Part shown: in pieces, positions 20,836 to 30,490 of the stretch
Position numbering within the stretch: the stretch's first letter is position 1
How the letters are laid out: each line of letters begins with the position of its first letter
DNA from: an uncultured Verrucomicrobiae bacterium
GTDB taxonomy: Bacteria; Verrucomicrobiota; Verrucomicrobiia; Chthoniobacterales; JAFAMB01
DNA length: 64,000 nucleotides
NCBI GenBank assembly: GCA_963837955.1
Contig: CAWIPH010000002.1
Span: forward strand, 2,688,001-2,752,000
Direction: 5' to 3'
Notes under the pieces: model-generated
What the model saw: only the letters and a program-made list of their open reading frames with translations
Databases searched by the model: none
Told to the model about the DNA's origin: nothing
Made by a program: the position numbers and the translations under genes

Positions 20836-22101
20836 TTAAGGGAAGAGCCCACGAGCTTTCTTCGCCTGCATTACCTTCTCTACTCCGATGGCCAGAGCAG
20901 CGAGCCGATGTGGAATCCTTTCTTCTTTGGCCCGTTTGATCACCGCCCCGAAGGATTGTTCCAAAACCCGGAAGAGGCGATCCACTACTTCGGTCTCGTT
21001 CCAGAAAAAGCTTTGTAAGCTCTGCACCCATTCAAAATACGATACAATGACGCCACCGGCGTTACAGAGAATGTCCGGCAAAACAAATATCTCGTTCCAC
21101 CGTTCGAACAGAACCTTGTCGGCTTCGACGGTCGTGGGACCGTTCGCGGCTTCTGCCAGGATTCGGCATTGGATTCTGGCGGCATTTTTCTTATTGATGA
21201 CGCCGCTTACTGCGGCCGGAATCAGCACATCGCAAGGAATTATCAGAAGTTCATCGGCTGAAATCAAATCCGCCCCGGGAAATCCGCCAAGGGCGCCATA
21301 CTTTTCTACATGCTTGTCGGCCGCCTTGATATCGATGCCCTCATCGTTCCGATAGGCGCCGGAGATATCGCTGATGGCAATCACCTTCATCCCGCTCTTG
21401 AATGCAAGGCCGCGAGCGGCGACCGCGCCAACGTTCCCGTAGCCTTGGATCACCGCCGTCCCTCCGGCTAGTTTTAACTTCAACTGATGAGCGGCCCGCT
21501 CAACCAGATAAACCGCTCCCCGCCCTGTCGACTCGCGGCGTCCGGACGTCCCGCCGACACTAACCGGCTTTCCCGTTACAATTTCCGGGACCGCATGCCC
21601 TTGGTGAGACGAATAGGTGTCCATAAACCAAGCCATGATCTGCTCATTGGTTCCCATATCCGGTCCCATGATGTCGGTATGAGGTCCGATGAAAGGAATC
21701 ATTTCCTGCATGTAGCGCCGGGATAGGCGTTCCAATTCGCCGGGGGAAAGTTTGCGCGGATCGCAATCAATTCCACCCTTGGCCCCACCGTACGGCAGAC
21801 CGCTCAACGCACATTTCCAGCTCATCCACATCGAAAGAGCAGCGACTTCGCCAAGGGTGACTCCAGGTGCGAAGCGCGTGCCTCCTTTGGTTGGTCCCAT
21901 TGAAAGATGATGCTGTACCCGATAGCCTTGAAATACTCTCGTCGAACCATCGTCCATATGAACTGGCACTGCTACAGTCACCGACCGCTTCGGGTACATG
22001 AGGCGTTCACGGAGATTATCCGGAATCCCTAAATAATCCGCGATCAAGTGAAACTGATCGCAAGCCATTTCAAAGGTCGGGTCACTATAGATTTGCTGCA
22101 T
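20836..22101 (-). CDS. Glu/Leu/Phe/Val dehydrogenase (glutamate dehydrogenase-like)
   Basis: GPTKGG, LPYGGAKGG, PDMGT, VTGKP, QGYGNVG, EAANGP, PDILCNAGGVIVSYFEW. Confidence 0.93.
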   Translation of the reverse strand: MQQIYSDPTFEMACDQFHLIADYLGIPDNLRERLMYPKRSVTVAVPVHMDDGSTRVFQGYRVQHHLSMGPTKGGTRFAPGVTLGEVAALSMWMSWKCALSGLPYGGAKGGIDCDPRKLSPGELERLSRRYMQEMIPFIGPHTDIMGPDMGTNEQIMAWFMDTYSSHQGHAVPEIVTGKPVSVGGTSGRRESTGRGAVYLVERAAHQLKLKLAGGTAVIQGYGNVGAVAARGLAFKSGMKVIAISDISGAYRNDEGIDIKAADKHVEKYGALGGFPGADLISADELLIIPCDVLIPAAVSGVINKKNAARIQCRILAEAANGPTTVEADKVLFERWNEIFVLPDILCNAGGVIVSYFEWVQSLQSFFWNETEVVDRLFRVLEQSFGAVIKRAKEERIPHRLAALAIGVEKVMQAKKARGLFP

Positions 22102-22120
22102 AGACGGATCGAATACGACA

Positions 22121-22150
22121 AAGGGCCGCGCTGCGGGCGGCCCCTTTTTT
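22121..22150. terminator. GC-rich hairpin with a T-tract upstream of the dehydrogenase gene
   Basis: GGGCCGC-loop-GCGGCCC followed by CTTTTTT on + and TTTGT on -; the transcript it would terminate is unclear. Confidence 0.35.
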
Positions 22151-22240
22151 CGATTCAGGAGGGGAGTTGAGGTCTGGGAAACTGGCGTTTCACTGCCCGT
22201 AGAATGTCTCGCATTTCCGCACTCCGCAACCCTGGAGGGA

Positions 22241-22403
22241 TGACAAATGACAAATGCATCCCCCCCGCCGACAAGATCAACCTTGGGTCACGCCCGGCCG
22301 CCGCAAGCGGCGCACCCTCCGATAGGCACCGCGACTTTTTATCGGTAAGCTTGCCCTATTTGTCCTCTGTCATTTGTCTTTTGTCATCGGTCATCTGTCA
22401 TTT
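22241..22403. repeat. Heptamer tandem repeats (TGACAAA / TTTGTCA) in inverted blocks
   Basis: TGACAAATGACAAATG at 22241 and a degenerate complementary run at about 22358-22403; same unit at 25114-25130. Confidence 0.65.
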
Positions 22404-22448
22404 CGTATTGAACCGGCGGCCGATTGCGGTTAACCCAAAAGACTCCAG

Positions 22449-24950
22449 ATGGTTGGGAATGACCGGCCCGCAGTAGCAAGGTGGCATGAGATTTTCGATA
22501 CCCAAGGGTATTCGAGACCACAGTATGCCAACCTTCTAGCCAAGCTCAAAAGTTATCCACCCCCCTATCTCCGCGAGCTGGAACAGCGCCTGCACGCCAG
22601 CCTGCGGGAACTGGGCATCACTTTTGGGAGTTCTCAGAGGGATCGAGCAAATACCTGGTTTTCAGATCTACTCCCTCACCTCTTTTTGCCCGAAGAGTGG
22701 GATCTAATCACACGGGGATTCCAGCAAAGGGTGCGCGCATTCGAGAGTTTGCTGCAGGATATTTACGGCAAAAGAGAAATCCTCCGGGAAGGCGTACTAC
22801 CGATTGCCCTGATTATCGGTAGTCCTCACTTCCAGCGGAGCGCCGTTGGCCTAAAACCGACCAACGGACGGTATCTCCATCTGAATGGGCTCTGCCTTTG
22901 CCGCGCTCCGGACGGACGCCTTACGGTAAAGCATCATTATTTCAGTCATCCCTCCGGGATTTCATATATGATTCAGGATCGGCGCCTGCTCGCACGAGTG
23001 GTGCCAGATCTGTTCGAAGATCAGCAGGTCGAGCCGATGGCGGACGTCCCGACCGAGATTTTGTTACGGCTAAGGAGCATGGCCCGAACGAGCGATCCAT
23101 CGGTGGTCCTCCTTTCGTCGGGAGTCGCAAGTGCCGTTTACTCCGAGCACAGTTTTCTGGCACGTCGTATGGGTGTTCCGCTGGTCCAGGGCGGAGATCT
23201 GCTCGTTTTGAACGACTCTCTATTCCTGAAAACCGTTTCAGGTCTGGAGAGGATTGACGTGATCTACTCGAGGGTTGCCGACCCTTGGCTCGATCCGCTC
23301 GTTTTCCAATCGGACAGCCGCATCGGCGTACCCGGACTCATCCATTGCTTGCGAAAAGGTACCGTAGCGCTCGTCAATCCCATCGGTTCCCAACTGGCTG
23401 ATGATCGCAGCCTTTTGCATTTCTCAAACGTTATCATTCGCTACTACCTCGGAGAGTGGCCAATCTTGCCGACCATCCAAACCTATTGGCTCGGCGACCT
23501 GGACCAGTGCGAACTCGTGCTGGAAAACCCCGAAGCCTTCCAAATTCGGACACTGACGGGAGAACGATTCCTTACCGTGCATGATCTGGAGAATGGCCCC
23601 GATGAGCTCCGCACTTTGGTCAGAAGAACACCCCACCTCTTCGTCGCCCAACCGAGAGAGGATGCCGCGAGAACGATCGGATTGGTTAAGAATCGGGAAG
23701 TGGAACGCCTGCAAGATCATATCATCTACGGAATGCGGAACGGCGAGGGATTCGAACTTTTTCCCGGAGCGTTGACTCGCCTCTCAGCGAAGCCGGGAGG
23801 GCGAACCGAGTCCGAATATGGCGGAGGAGGAAAAGATACATGGGTCCTTCGTTCGCCGACCCAATCGGTGCCAGTTCCACACCTACCCAATCCCGCTCAG
23901 GTTCTTTTGTCGCGGCGCGTTACTAGCCGCGTAGCCGAAGCTTTTTACTGGCTTGGCCGCTACCTCGAGCGTTCGCAAGAAGTGGCGCGGATGATCCAAT
24001 TCGTCGAGACGGTCGAGATGGAAGAGCTCAATGCGGTTGAGCGGAAATTGTATCGGCCAATCTGGAACCATTTATTGCCTCCGCTAGATACACCCGGCAA
24101 ACGCGGCCGCCGCGGCATCAGTAACGTCAAGGAGCGGTACCGGCTCGTTCTCGAGGTTGATCAACCTGGATCGATCGCTTCGATGATTCGAATGGCTTTA
24201 GCAAACGCAAATTCTCTCCGGGATGCAATTAGTCCAGAGGCCTGGTCGGTGCTTTCGGAGTTGCAGAGTCGTTTTGAACGTAAACGTTTGCAGCTGCGCA
24301 TCAGCGATACCGACGCCCGCCGATTGACGCGGCGATTGGCTCAATCCGTGCTGTCGCTGGTGCCGCAATTTATTGCCATCGCCCAACAGACAATGTTGGC
24401 GGATGATGGCTGGCGTTTCTGCGAGCTCGGGCTCTACATAGAGCGAGCGGTCGGTACGGCAAACGCGACCTATGGGGTCGCCCAATCGATCAAACAGCGT
24501 GCCGGAACACGCCAGGGATTGGACATTGAGCTCTCTGCCTTTCTCCGTTTGCTCGCTTGTCGGGACGCTTATCGTCGCATTTATCAAGCTCGATCGGAAC
24601 CGGCCTCTGTCTTCGGGTTTCTTTGGCAAAACTCTGAGATGCCGCGCTCGGTCATGTTTTGTCTACAGAATTGCTCCAGGCTCCTCGCCGCCTCGCTTCC
24701 CGCCGCTTCCGCCAACGCCGAGTCGGGATTGACCTATTTGCAAGGGATCATTCGGCAGGTGCGCCGGCTCGATTGGTATGCCTTTTTCATCTCGGATGTC
24801 GAAGACACCGAACTCGTAGTACAGAGCGACGAATTAGTAGCCCTTATCGGCGAGCTGCTCGACCGAATCCAAGAGCTGCATCATGTGGTCACTGACCATC
24901 TGTTGAGTCACCAAAGCATTATTTCAGAGCCAGAGCCGATGCTGTTCTAG
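22449..24950 (+). CDS. Circularly permuted type 2 ATP-grasp protein fused to an alpha-E (DUF403-like) domain
   Basis: PSGISY, YSEHSFLARRMG, RIDVIYSRV, LDPLVF...IGVPGL, PGALTR, GGGGKDTWV; then SRVAEAFYWLGRYLER and LGLYIERA alpha-E motifs. Confidence 0.9.
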   Translation: MVGNDRPAVARWHEIFDTQGYSRPQYANLLAKLKSYPPPYLRELEQRLHASLRELGITFGSSQRDRANTWFSDLLPHLFLPEEWDLITRGFQQRVRAFESLLQDIYGKREILREGVLPIALIIGSPHFQRSAVGLKPTNGRYLHLNGLCLCRAPDGRLTVKHHYFSHPSGISYMIQDRRLLARVVPDLFEDQQVEPMADVPTEILLRLRSMARTSDPSVVLLSSGVASAVYSEHSFLARRMGVPLVQGGDLLVLNDSLFLKTVSGLERIDVIYSRVADPWLDPLVFQSDSRIGVPGLIHCLRKGTVALVNPIGSQLADDRSLLHFSNVIIRYYLGEWPILPTIQTYWLGDLDQCELVLENPEAFQIRTLTGERFLTVHDLENGPDELRTLVRRTPHLFVAQPREDAARTIGLVKNREVERLQDHIIYGMRNGEGFELFPGALTRLSAKPGGRTESEYGGGGKDTWVLRSPTQSVPVPHLPNPAQVLLSRRVTSRVAEAFYWLGRYLERSQEVARMIQFVETVEMEELNAVERKLYRPIWNHLLPPLDTPGKRGRRGISNVKERYRLVLEVDQPGSIASMIRMALANANSLRDAISPEAWSVLSELQSRFERKRLQLRISDTDARRLTRRLAQSVLSLVPQFIAIAQQTMLADDGWRFCELGLYIERAVGTANATYGVAQSIKQRAGTRQGLDIELSAFLRLLACRDAYRRIYQARSEPASVFGFLWQNSEMPRSVMFCLQNCSRLLAASLPAASANAESGLTYLQGIIRQVRRLDWYAFFISDVEDTELVVQSDELVALIGELLDRIQELHHVVTDHLLSHQSIISEPEPMLF

Positions 24951-24951
24951 A

Positions 24952-25101
24952 GTAGCCTGATGCTCCAGCCTCAGGGAAAACGCTGGTGAACGGTGTTTAA
25001 TGAAAGGGGCGGTGAGAGATTTCTGCCTGGGATCTGCCGATAGGCGTTCACCAATCCCCTCTCACACGCTGTAGCCCCCTGAGCCAGGAGGATCAGGCTA
25101 C
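24952..25101. repeat. GTAG-type REP doublet (REPIN-like)
   Basis: GTAGCCTGATGCTCCAGCCTCAGG at 24952-24975 and an inverted copy at 25078-25101 (21/24 identical); third copy at 41439-41462. Confidence 0.75.
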
Positions 25102-25158
25102 ACTGCTTAGTGGATTTGTCATTTGTCATTTGGTATTCGTTATTCGCTGCACCCCCCA

Positions 25159-27090
25159 ATGAGCATCCCTGAAAAAGCTCTCGCGTTTTGTCGCCGATCG
25201 CTCGCCGAGCGCGATCAGTTTTGGAAAGAACAATCTGAACGCATCTTTTGGCACAAACCGTTCGACCAAGTATGTGATTTTAGCCGGCCACCTTTCGCTC
25301 GCTGGTTTGTCGGCGGTGAGACCAATCTTTGCTACAATGCGGTCGACCGGCACCTCGGCGAACGAGGCGAACAAATTGCCCTCCACTTCATTTCCACAGA
25401 AATAGATGCACAACGCTCATTTACCTACCGCGAGCTAGCAGAGGAAGTTAACACCTTTGCTGCCATCCTGCGTTCCCTCGGTCTGCAGCGCGGTGATCGG
25501 GCGATCATCTACCTGCCGATGATTCCGGAGGCAATCTTTTCGATGTTAGCGTGCGCTCGCATTGGGGCAATCCATTCCGTAGTCTTCGCCGGATTCGCAC
25601 CGGCCAGCCTGGCTACTCGCATCGATGACGCCGAAGCGAGCGTTTTGATTACCGCCGACGCGGGTCTGCGCGGCGGCAAGTTGATCCCTCTGAAACGCCT
25701 GGCCGACGAGGCGGTCGCCCTCGCTTCGCGACCGCCGCGACATGTGCTCGTTTGCGCCCGAGGCCTTGATCCGGATATGCCGTCTGATCCCCGCCGTGAT
25801 CGAGACTATGCAACCTTACGTGAAGAGCATTTGAAAGACCAAGTACCGGTAGAGTGGCTCGAGAGCTCGGAAATATGTTATTTGCTATACACCTCCGGTA
25901 CAACGGCCAAACCAAAAGGTATCCAGCGCGATACCGGTGGCCACGCCGTCGCCCTCGCTCTGGCCATGCAAAACATCTTCGCTGGTAATCCTGGCGAGAC
26001 TATGTTCACGGCCGCCGATGTCGGTTGGGCAGTTGGCCATTCTTTCGGAGTGTATGGTCCGCTCATTCACGGAATGGCAACAATTCTCTACGAAGGATTG
26101 CCCATCCGGCCAGACGGCGGAATTTGGTGGAAAATTGTGGAGCAGTTCCAGGCGTCGGTGATGTTCACCTCACCCACGGCCATTCGCACGCTAAAAAAAC
26201 AAGATCCGGCCTATCTCAAAAAGTATAATACAAGTTCGCTGCGTTACTTGTTTCTTGCTGGTGAGCCTTTGGACGAACCAACCTGGCGATGGATTCACGA
26301 GGCACTAGGCATTCCGATAGTCGACAATTACTGGCAGACAGAGAGCGGCTGGCCAATCCTCACACTGCTTCCGCGAATCGAGGAACCGAAGATCAAGCCC
26401 GGCTCACCCGGGATTGCTATGCCTGGTTATGACGCTAGCATCGTTGACCCAGCATCGGGCCAGAGACTGCCGGCAAACAAGAAAGGCGTTCTAGCACTCG
26501 GACTTCCCTTGCCCCCCGGTTGCATGCCGACCGTTTGGAAAAATGACGAGCTTTTCGCTCGACATTACTGCGGCCAATTTTCCGAAAAGCAGCTCTATTC
26601 CACGTTCGATTACGCGATCCAGGACGAAGATGGATACTTCTTTATTCTGGGTCGTTCCGACGATGTGATTAACGTTTCCGGTCATCGTCTCGGCACGCGC
26701 GAGATTGAAGAAACAATCTGTTCCCACTCCGCGGTCGCCGAAGCTGCTGCGGTCGGCGCGAAGGATGAATTGCGCGGCCAAGCAGTCCATTGCTTCGTTG
26801 TCGTCAAGCAAGCCGAGGTATTCGAAGGCGAGGAAAAACGGAACCAGTTACAGAAAGAAATCGAGTCTACCGTGGTCTCGAAACTCGGATCGTTCGCCCG
26901 TCCGGCTGCGATTTACCTGATTCGAGCTCTGCCCAAAACGCGATCGGGCAAGATTCTTCGGCGCGCGATTCTGGCAGCTGCGGAGGGACGCGACACCGGC
27001 GATTTGACGACCTTAGAAGATCCCGCCGCTCTCGAGTCAATTAAGGAAATGATCTTCAGAATGCAGGAGTCAGGAGATAGGGGGCGCTAA
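25159..27090 (+). CDS. prpE: Propionate-CoA ligase (acyl-CoA synthetase)
   Basis: WFVGGETNLCYNAVDRH, YTSGTTAKPKGIQRDTGG, LFLAGEPLD, DNYWQTESG, GRSDDVINVSGHRLGTREIEE, PKTRSGK. Confidence 0.88.
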   Translation: MSIPEKALAFCRRSLAERDQFWKEQSERIFWHKPFDQVCDFSRPPFARWFVGGETNLCYNAVDRHLGERGEQIALHFISTEIDAQRSFTYRELAEEVNTFAAILRSLGLQRGDRAIIYLPMIPEAIFSMLACARIGAIHSVVFAGFAPASLATRIDDAEASVLITADAGLRGGKLIPLKRLADEAVALASRPPRHVLVCARGLDPDMPSDPRRDRDYATLREEHLKDQVPVEWLESSEICYLLYTSGTTAKPKGIQRDTGGHAVALALAMQNIFAGNPGETMFTAADVGWAVGHSFGVYGPLIHGMATILYEGLPIRPDGGIWWKIVEQFQASVMFTSPTAIRTLKKQDPAYLKKYNTSSLRYLFLAGEPLDEPTWRWIHEALGIPIVDNYWQTESGWPILTLLPRIEEPKIKPGSPGIAMPGYDASIVDPASGQRLPANKKGVLALGLPLPPGCMPTVWKNDELFARHYCGQFSEKQLYSTFDYAIQDEDGYFFILGRSDDVINVSGHRLGTREIEETICSHSAVAEAAAVGAKDELRGQAVHCFVVVKQAEVFEGEEKRNQLQKEIESTVVSKLGSFARPAAIYLIRALPKTRSGKILRRAILAAAEGRDTGDLTTLEDPAALESIKEMIFRMQESGDRGR

Positions 27091-27092
27091 AG

Positions 27093-27192
27093 CGTAACGG
27101 CGTATCGGCGTGTCGGCGTGATGGTAGGGCGAAACAGATCCAGCGACAGCAGGATCTGTGAGCCTTTCGGCCTAGCCGCGGAGGGTTTACGC
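27093..27192. repeat. Second copy of the 338-377 REP-like core with CGGCGT(GT/AA/AT) tandem repeats
   Basis: GTAGGGCGAAACAGATCCAGCGACAGCAGGATCTGTGAGC at 27124-27163 is 38/40 identical to 338-377. Confidence 0.8.
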
Positions 27193-27268
27193 CCGCTTGG
27201 GATGCAAAGATTTTCTTACAACTTTCGCCTCACTCGCTGTGTATTTACCCCGAACGAGGAACTCACCT

Positions 27269-28255
27269 ATGCATGTTCAAAACGCGCACTCAGTTCTGCT
27301 TATCGCTTCTCTCATAGTGGCGTATTCCGCGACAAGCCAAACGAGCTTGGCGGATTCAATGGACACAATCGCCGAGCAATCGCGACATTTGGCAGAAGCC
27401 GGAAAATGGGACGACGCCAAAGCAGTTCTTCAAGAGCAGCTGACCAAAGCGCAAGATGCCGTCGAAGTAGCACGACTCAAAGCAGAGTTAGCTCATCTTG
27501 CGACGGATTGGAATACCTACTTTCGCAAAGATGAAGCGTCGGTACTTACCGCATTAGCGGAAGCTCGCTCCGCGGTCCAGGCGCATGACGACAAGCAGGC
27601 GCTCGCAACATTGGAAATGGCCGAAGGCCGATTCACCTATTGGAAGGCGCTGGACAACACCAAAGACTGGGGGCCACCAACCGACGATTTCGACCGAGCA
27701 CTTCAGGTTTACCAAGAGCTAGGAGATGAAGTGGGACTCGGCGAGGCGATGTTTTATCGTGGGCTGGTTTATCAGATGCAAGATGACAATCAGCATGCAC
27801 GCCAGATCTTCGAGCAAGCGCTGGCACTCACCCAGAAGACCGGCGACGAACGGATGGAATCGTTCGTGGTGAGACACATCGGCTACCTGCAACAAGCCGC
27901 CGGCGAGATTGATGCGGCTCGAGCTAACTTCCAAAAGTCTCTTCAATTGCGGCAGCGCAACGAGATGAAAGTCTTCGTGCCGTTTGCGCTAATTGCGTTA
28001 GCGGAGTTCGAAGCGGAACAAAAGAACTCTGCGGAAGCAATTAAGCTGATCGAGGAGGCGCTTCCGCTAGCCAAATCGGGGAACAGTCCCCGGGCCCTTT
28101 ATGCAGGTCAGTTGACGCTAGCGAAATGGTACGCAGATGAGGGAAAAGCAGCGGAAGCAAGAAAACTCGCAGAACAAAGCCGAGCCGGTGCCGAAGCATT
28201 TGGAGATCCGAGCGACACGAAAGAAGCCGAGGATTTCCTGAAAGAGCATACGTGA
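27269..28255 (+). CDS. Secreted tetratricopeptide-repeat protein
   Basis: Hydrophobic N-terminus; repeated TPR-like helices (RALQVYQELGD, FEQALAL, FQKSLQLR). Confidence 0.78.
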   Translation: MHVQNAHSVLLIASLIVAYSATSQTSLADSMDTIAEQSRHLAEAGKWDDAKAVLQEQLTKAQDAVEVARLKAELAHLATDWNTYFRKDEASVLTALAEARSAVQAHDDKQALATLEMAEGRFTYWKALDNTKDWGPPTDDFDRALQVYQELGDEVGLGEAMFYRGLVYQMQDDNQHARQIFEQALALTQKTGDERMESFVVRHIGYLQQAAGEIDAARANFQKSLQLRQRNEMKVFVPFALIALAEFEAEQKNSAEAIKLIEEALPLAKSGNSPRALYAGQLTLAKWYADEGKAAEARKLAEQSRAGAEAFGDPSDTKEAEDFLKEHT

Positions 28256-28410
28256 GGGTATCCGGTGACCGGTGATCGGTCAGAGGTGATTAGTGATTGG
28301 TGATTTGTGATTCGGTAGCTAGAGCAGCACCTCTCGCCGATCACTAAGCACCGGCGCTAAGGGCGAGCGGCGCCAGAAAACCCAGATCCATAAGCGGATT
28401 TCAGCTACAT

Positions 28411-29364
28411 TTGGGACTTGTGGATCTCAACCGTATACCACCGGCTCTGTTACAGACTTTCTTGGTAGTTGCTGAAGCTGGCCAAATCTCGGAAGCAGCT
28501 CGGCGGCTTCATCTCTCCCAACCGGCCGTTACCGGGCAGATCCGTAGATTGGAAGCCGACCTGGAAACAACCCTCTTCATCCGCTCAGCCCAAGGCGTGT
28601 CGTTGACCCCTCGAGGAGCTACTCTCCGAGAACGACTGCAAGATGTCTTTGCTGAGCTTGAACAGATTTTGCAGGACCTGGATCAGACGCGCGAAGTAAC
28701 TGGAATTGTGACTCTTGCAGCCAGCACAACTCTGGCGCGATATTTTGTGCCCAGGATTTTTATTCGCTTCCATCATTACTACCCGGCAGCTGCTCTTCAT
28801 CTAATTGTGGGAAATACGGAAGAAGTGCTGGAGCATCTTCGACAACATAGGGTTGGACTCGGTCTGGTCGAGGGCCATCAGCGGAGTCCGGGTGTGCGCC
28901 TGGAGCCATTCATGCCTGATGAAATCCTTCCGGTTTGTGCCGCTCGAATTTCTGACCCAAAGCTCCGCCGCGCAATTGAAGGAGTGAAGTCGGTTCGAGA
29001 CCTTGAGACTCTGCCACTAATTTGGCGCGAGTCTGGAGCAGGTACGCGAACGGTGGTTGAAAGCGTATTGAAGGAAGGCGGAGTGAACCCGAAGAAGTTG
29101 GATCAGCGTTATGAATTGGGAAGCACTGAAGCCATCAAATCGCTGGTCGTGGCCGGTCTCGGTGTGGGCTTTTTTTCCTGTTGGGAAATCCAACAGGAAA
29201 TTGCCAGGGGGCTGGTACGACAAATGAACGTCCCTGGTCTGCGCATCGAGCGGATGTTCTCTTGGGGCCTCCCCAGTGGCGAACTTGGCGGGCTCCCGGC
29301 CGAGTTCTACCGGTTCGCCAATTCCATTCGAAGCGAGCTATCCACAGTTAGCGTTCGCATATAG
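28411..29364 (+). CDS. LysR-family transcriptional regulator (CysL/YeiE-like)
   Basis: HTH FLVVAEAGQISEAARRLHLSQPAVT; GNTEEV, GLVEG, RESGAGTR, LGSTEAIK. Confidence 0.93.
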   Translation: MGLVDLNRIPPALLQTFLVVAEAGQISEAARRLHLSQPAVTGQIRRLEADLETTLFIRSAQGVSLTPRGATLRERLQDVFAELEQILQDLDQTREVTGIVTLAASTTLARYFVPRIFIRFHHYYPAAALHLIVGNTEEVLEHLRQHRVGLGLVEGHQRSPGVRLEPFMPDEILPVCAARISDPKLRRAIEGVKSVRDLETLPLIWRESGAGTRTVVESVLKEGGVNPKKLDQRYELGSTEAIKSLVVAGLGVGFFSCWEIQQEIARGLVRQMNVPGLRIERMFSWGLPSGELGGLPAEFYRFANSIRSELSTVSVRI

Positions 29365-29390
29365 CAGCCCGACTACGTCCGGCGGCTGCC

Positions 29391-29531
29391 CATGCGCTAA
29401 GTTAAGGGTGCTGATGTCTGGTTCTCTGCCCCGAAGGGACGGGGAGGGATCGCGTCCTCGCGATCCGCGGCGCACGAGGACGTGCGCCCTCCCCGAGAGA
29501 ACCAGACATCCCTCTTACCTTGACGCGCATG
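29391..29531. mobile_element. 141-bp MITE-like element with IS231-like (IS4 family) ends and a 10-bp target duplication
   Basis: Ends CATGCGCTAAGTTAAG and (rc) CATGCGCGTCAAGGTAAG; perfect 15-bp subterminal IR at 29413-29427/29496-29510; direct repeat GGCGGCTGCC at 29381-29390 and 29532-29541. Confidence 0.78.
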
Positions 29532-29680
29532 GGCGGCTGCCAGGGCGCGGCGAACTTTATAAGGTTCACGAGCTCTCGACAAGGGCTACTAAGGCCTATC
29601 AGCCGGCCTGATATGCGATCGAAATATCCGATTACCCCCTCTAAGTGACCGGGATGACATTGCCACAAGAAAGGTTGTTT

Positions 29681-30250
29681 ATGAGATTACTTAAGGGTTC
29701 ACTTGCTGGCCTGGTTTTAGCCGGCATTCTAGCAATCACGCCCACGGCCGCATTCGCTGGCGGCGGCCATTTTGGTGGTGGTGGAGGCGGTGGGCATTTC
29801 GGCGGTGGGGGTGGCGGCCATTTTGGGGGCGGTGGGGGCCATTTTGGCGGCGGACATTTCGTTGGCGCCTCACATGTCGGGGGAGGCCATTTTGACAGGG
29901 CTGGTGGTCATGATTTCGAGTTTCGCGACCGCGACCACTTTAGGCACTTTGGAGGGTTTTTTGGGTTTGGCGATCCCTACTGGTACGGATATCCCTATTC
30001 GTATGATCCGTACTACGGCTACTACAGCGACTACTACGGTGGACAAACCTACTCGGCTGAGGATCTTTCAAGTCAGACCGTTGTTGCTGTGCAGAAGGAG
30101 CTGACTCAACTCGGTTATTATCACGGTCAGATCGATGGCGTGATTGGCGCGGAAACGCAAAAAGCGATTCGCTGGTTCCAATCGGTCAATAAGGTACCTG
30201 TCACCGGACAGATCGACGATCCCACATTGAGGGCGTTGCAGATCACTTGA
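29681..30250 (+). CDS. Secreted Gly-rich protein with a C-terminal peptidoglycan-binding domain
   Basis: Signal peptide, GGGHF repeats, Tyr-rich linker, VQKELTQLGYY..IDG.IG..T..AI..FQ...VTG.ID motif. Confidence 0.85.
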   Translation: MRLLKGSLAGLVLAGILAITPTAAFAGGGHFGGGGGGGHFGGGGGGHFGGGGGHFGGGHFVGASHVGGGHFDRAGGHDFEFRDRDHFRHFGGFFGFGDPYWYGYPYSYDPYYGYYSDYYGGQTYSAEDLSSQTVVAVQKELTQLGYYHGQIDGVIGAETQKAIRWFQSVNKVPVTGQIDDPTLRALQIT

Positions 30251-30490
30251 CCGCACAGAATTGAACGCTTGACTCTGTAATTCGATAAGACTCTGCGGGG
30301 AAGCATCTCCGCAGAGTTTTTTTACAGGTGGGAAATTTCTCCCGATCGAAAAAACAGTTCTGGGTCATCCCGGGTAGGCTTGACCAAACACCCACGCCGG
30401 CACGTTTATTCGCCGTACCATCTCCGGTATTCCGAACTCGACGAAATTTGCTTTCCGCCCTCGGCATGGCATATCAATGCCTCCGACGAC

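Noticed and set aside
22101..22240. Possible riboswitch or attenuator in the dehydrogenase leader
   Set aside because: Only one GC hairpin is evident; no aptamer consensus or leader peptide was recognised.
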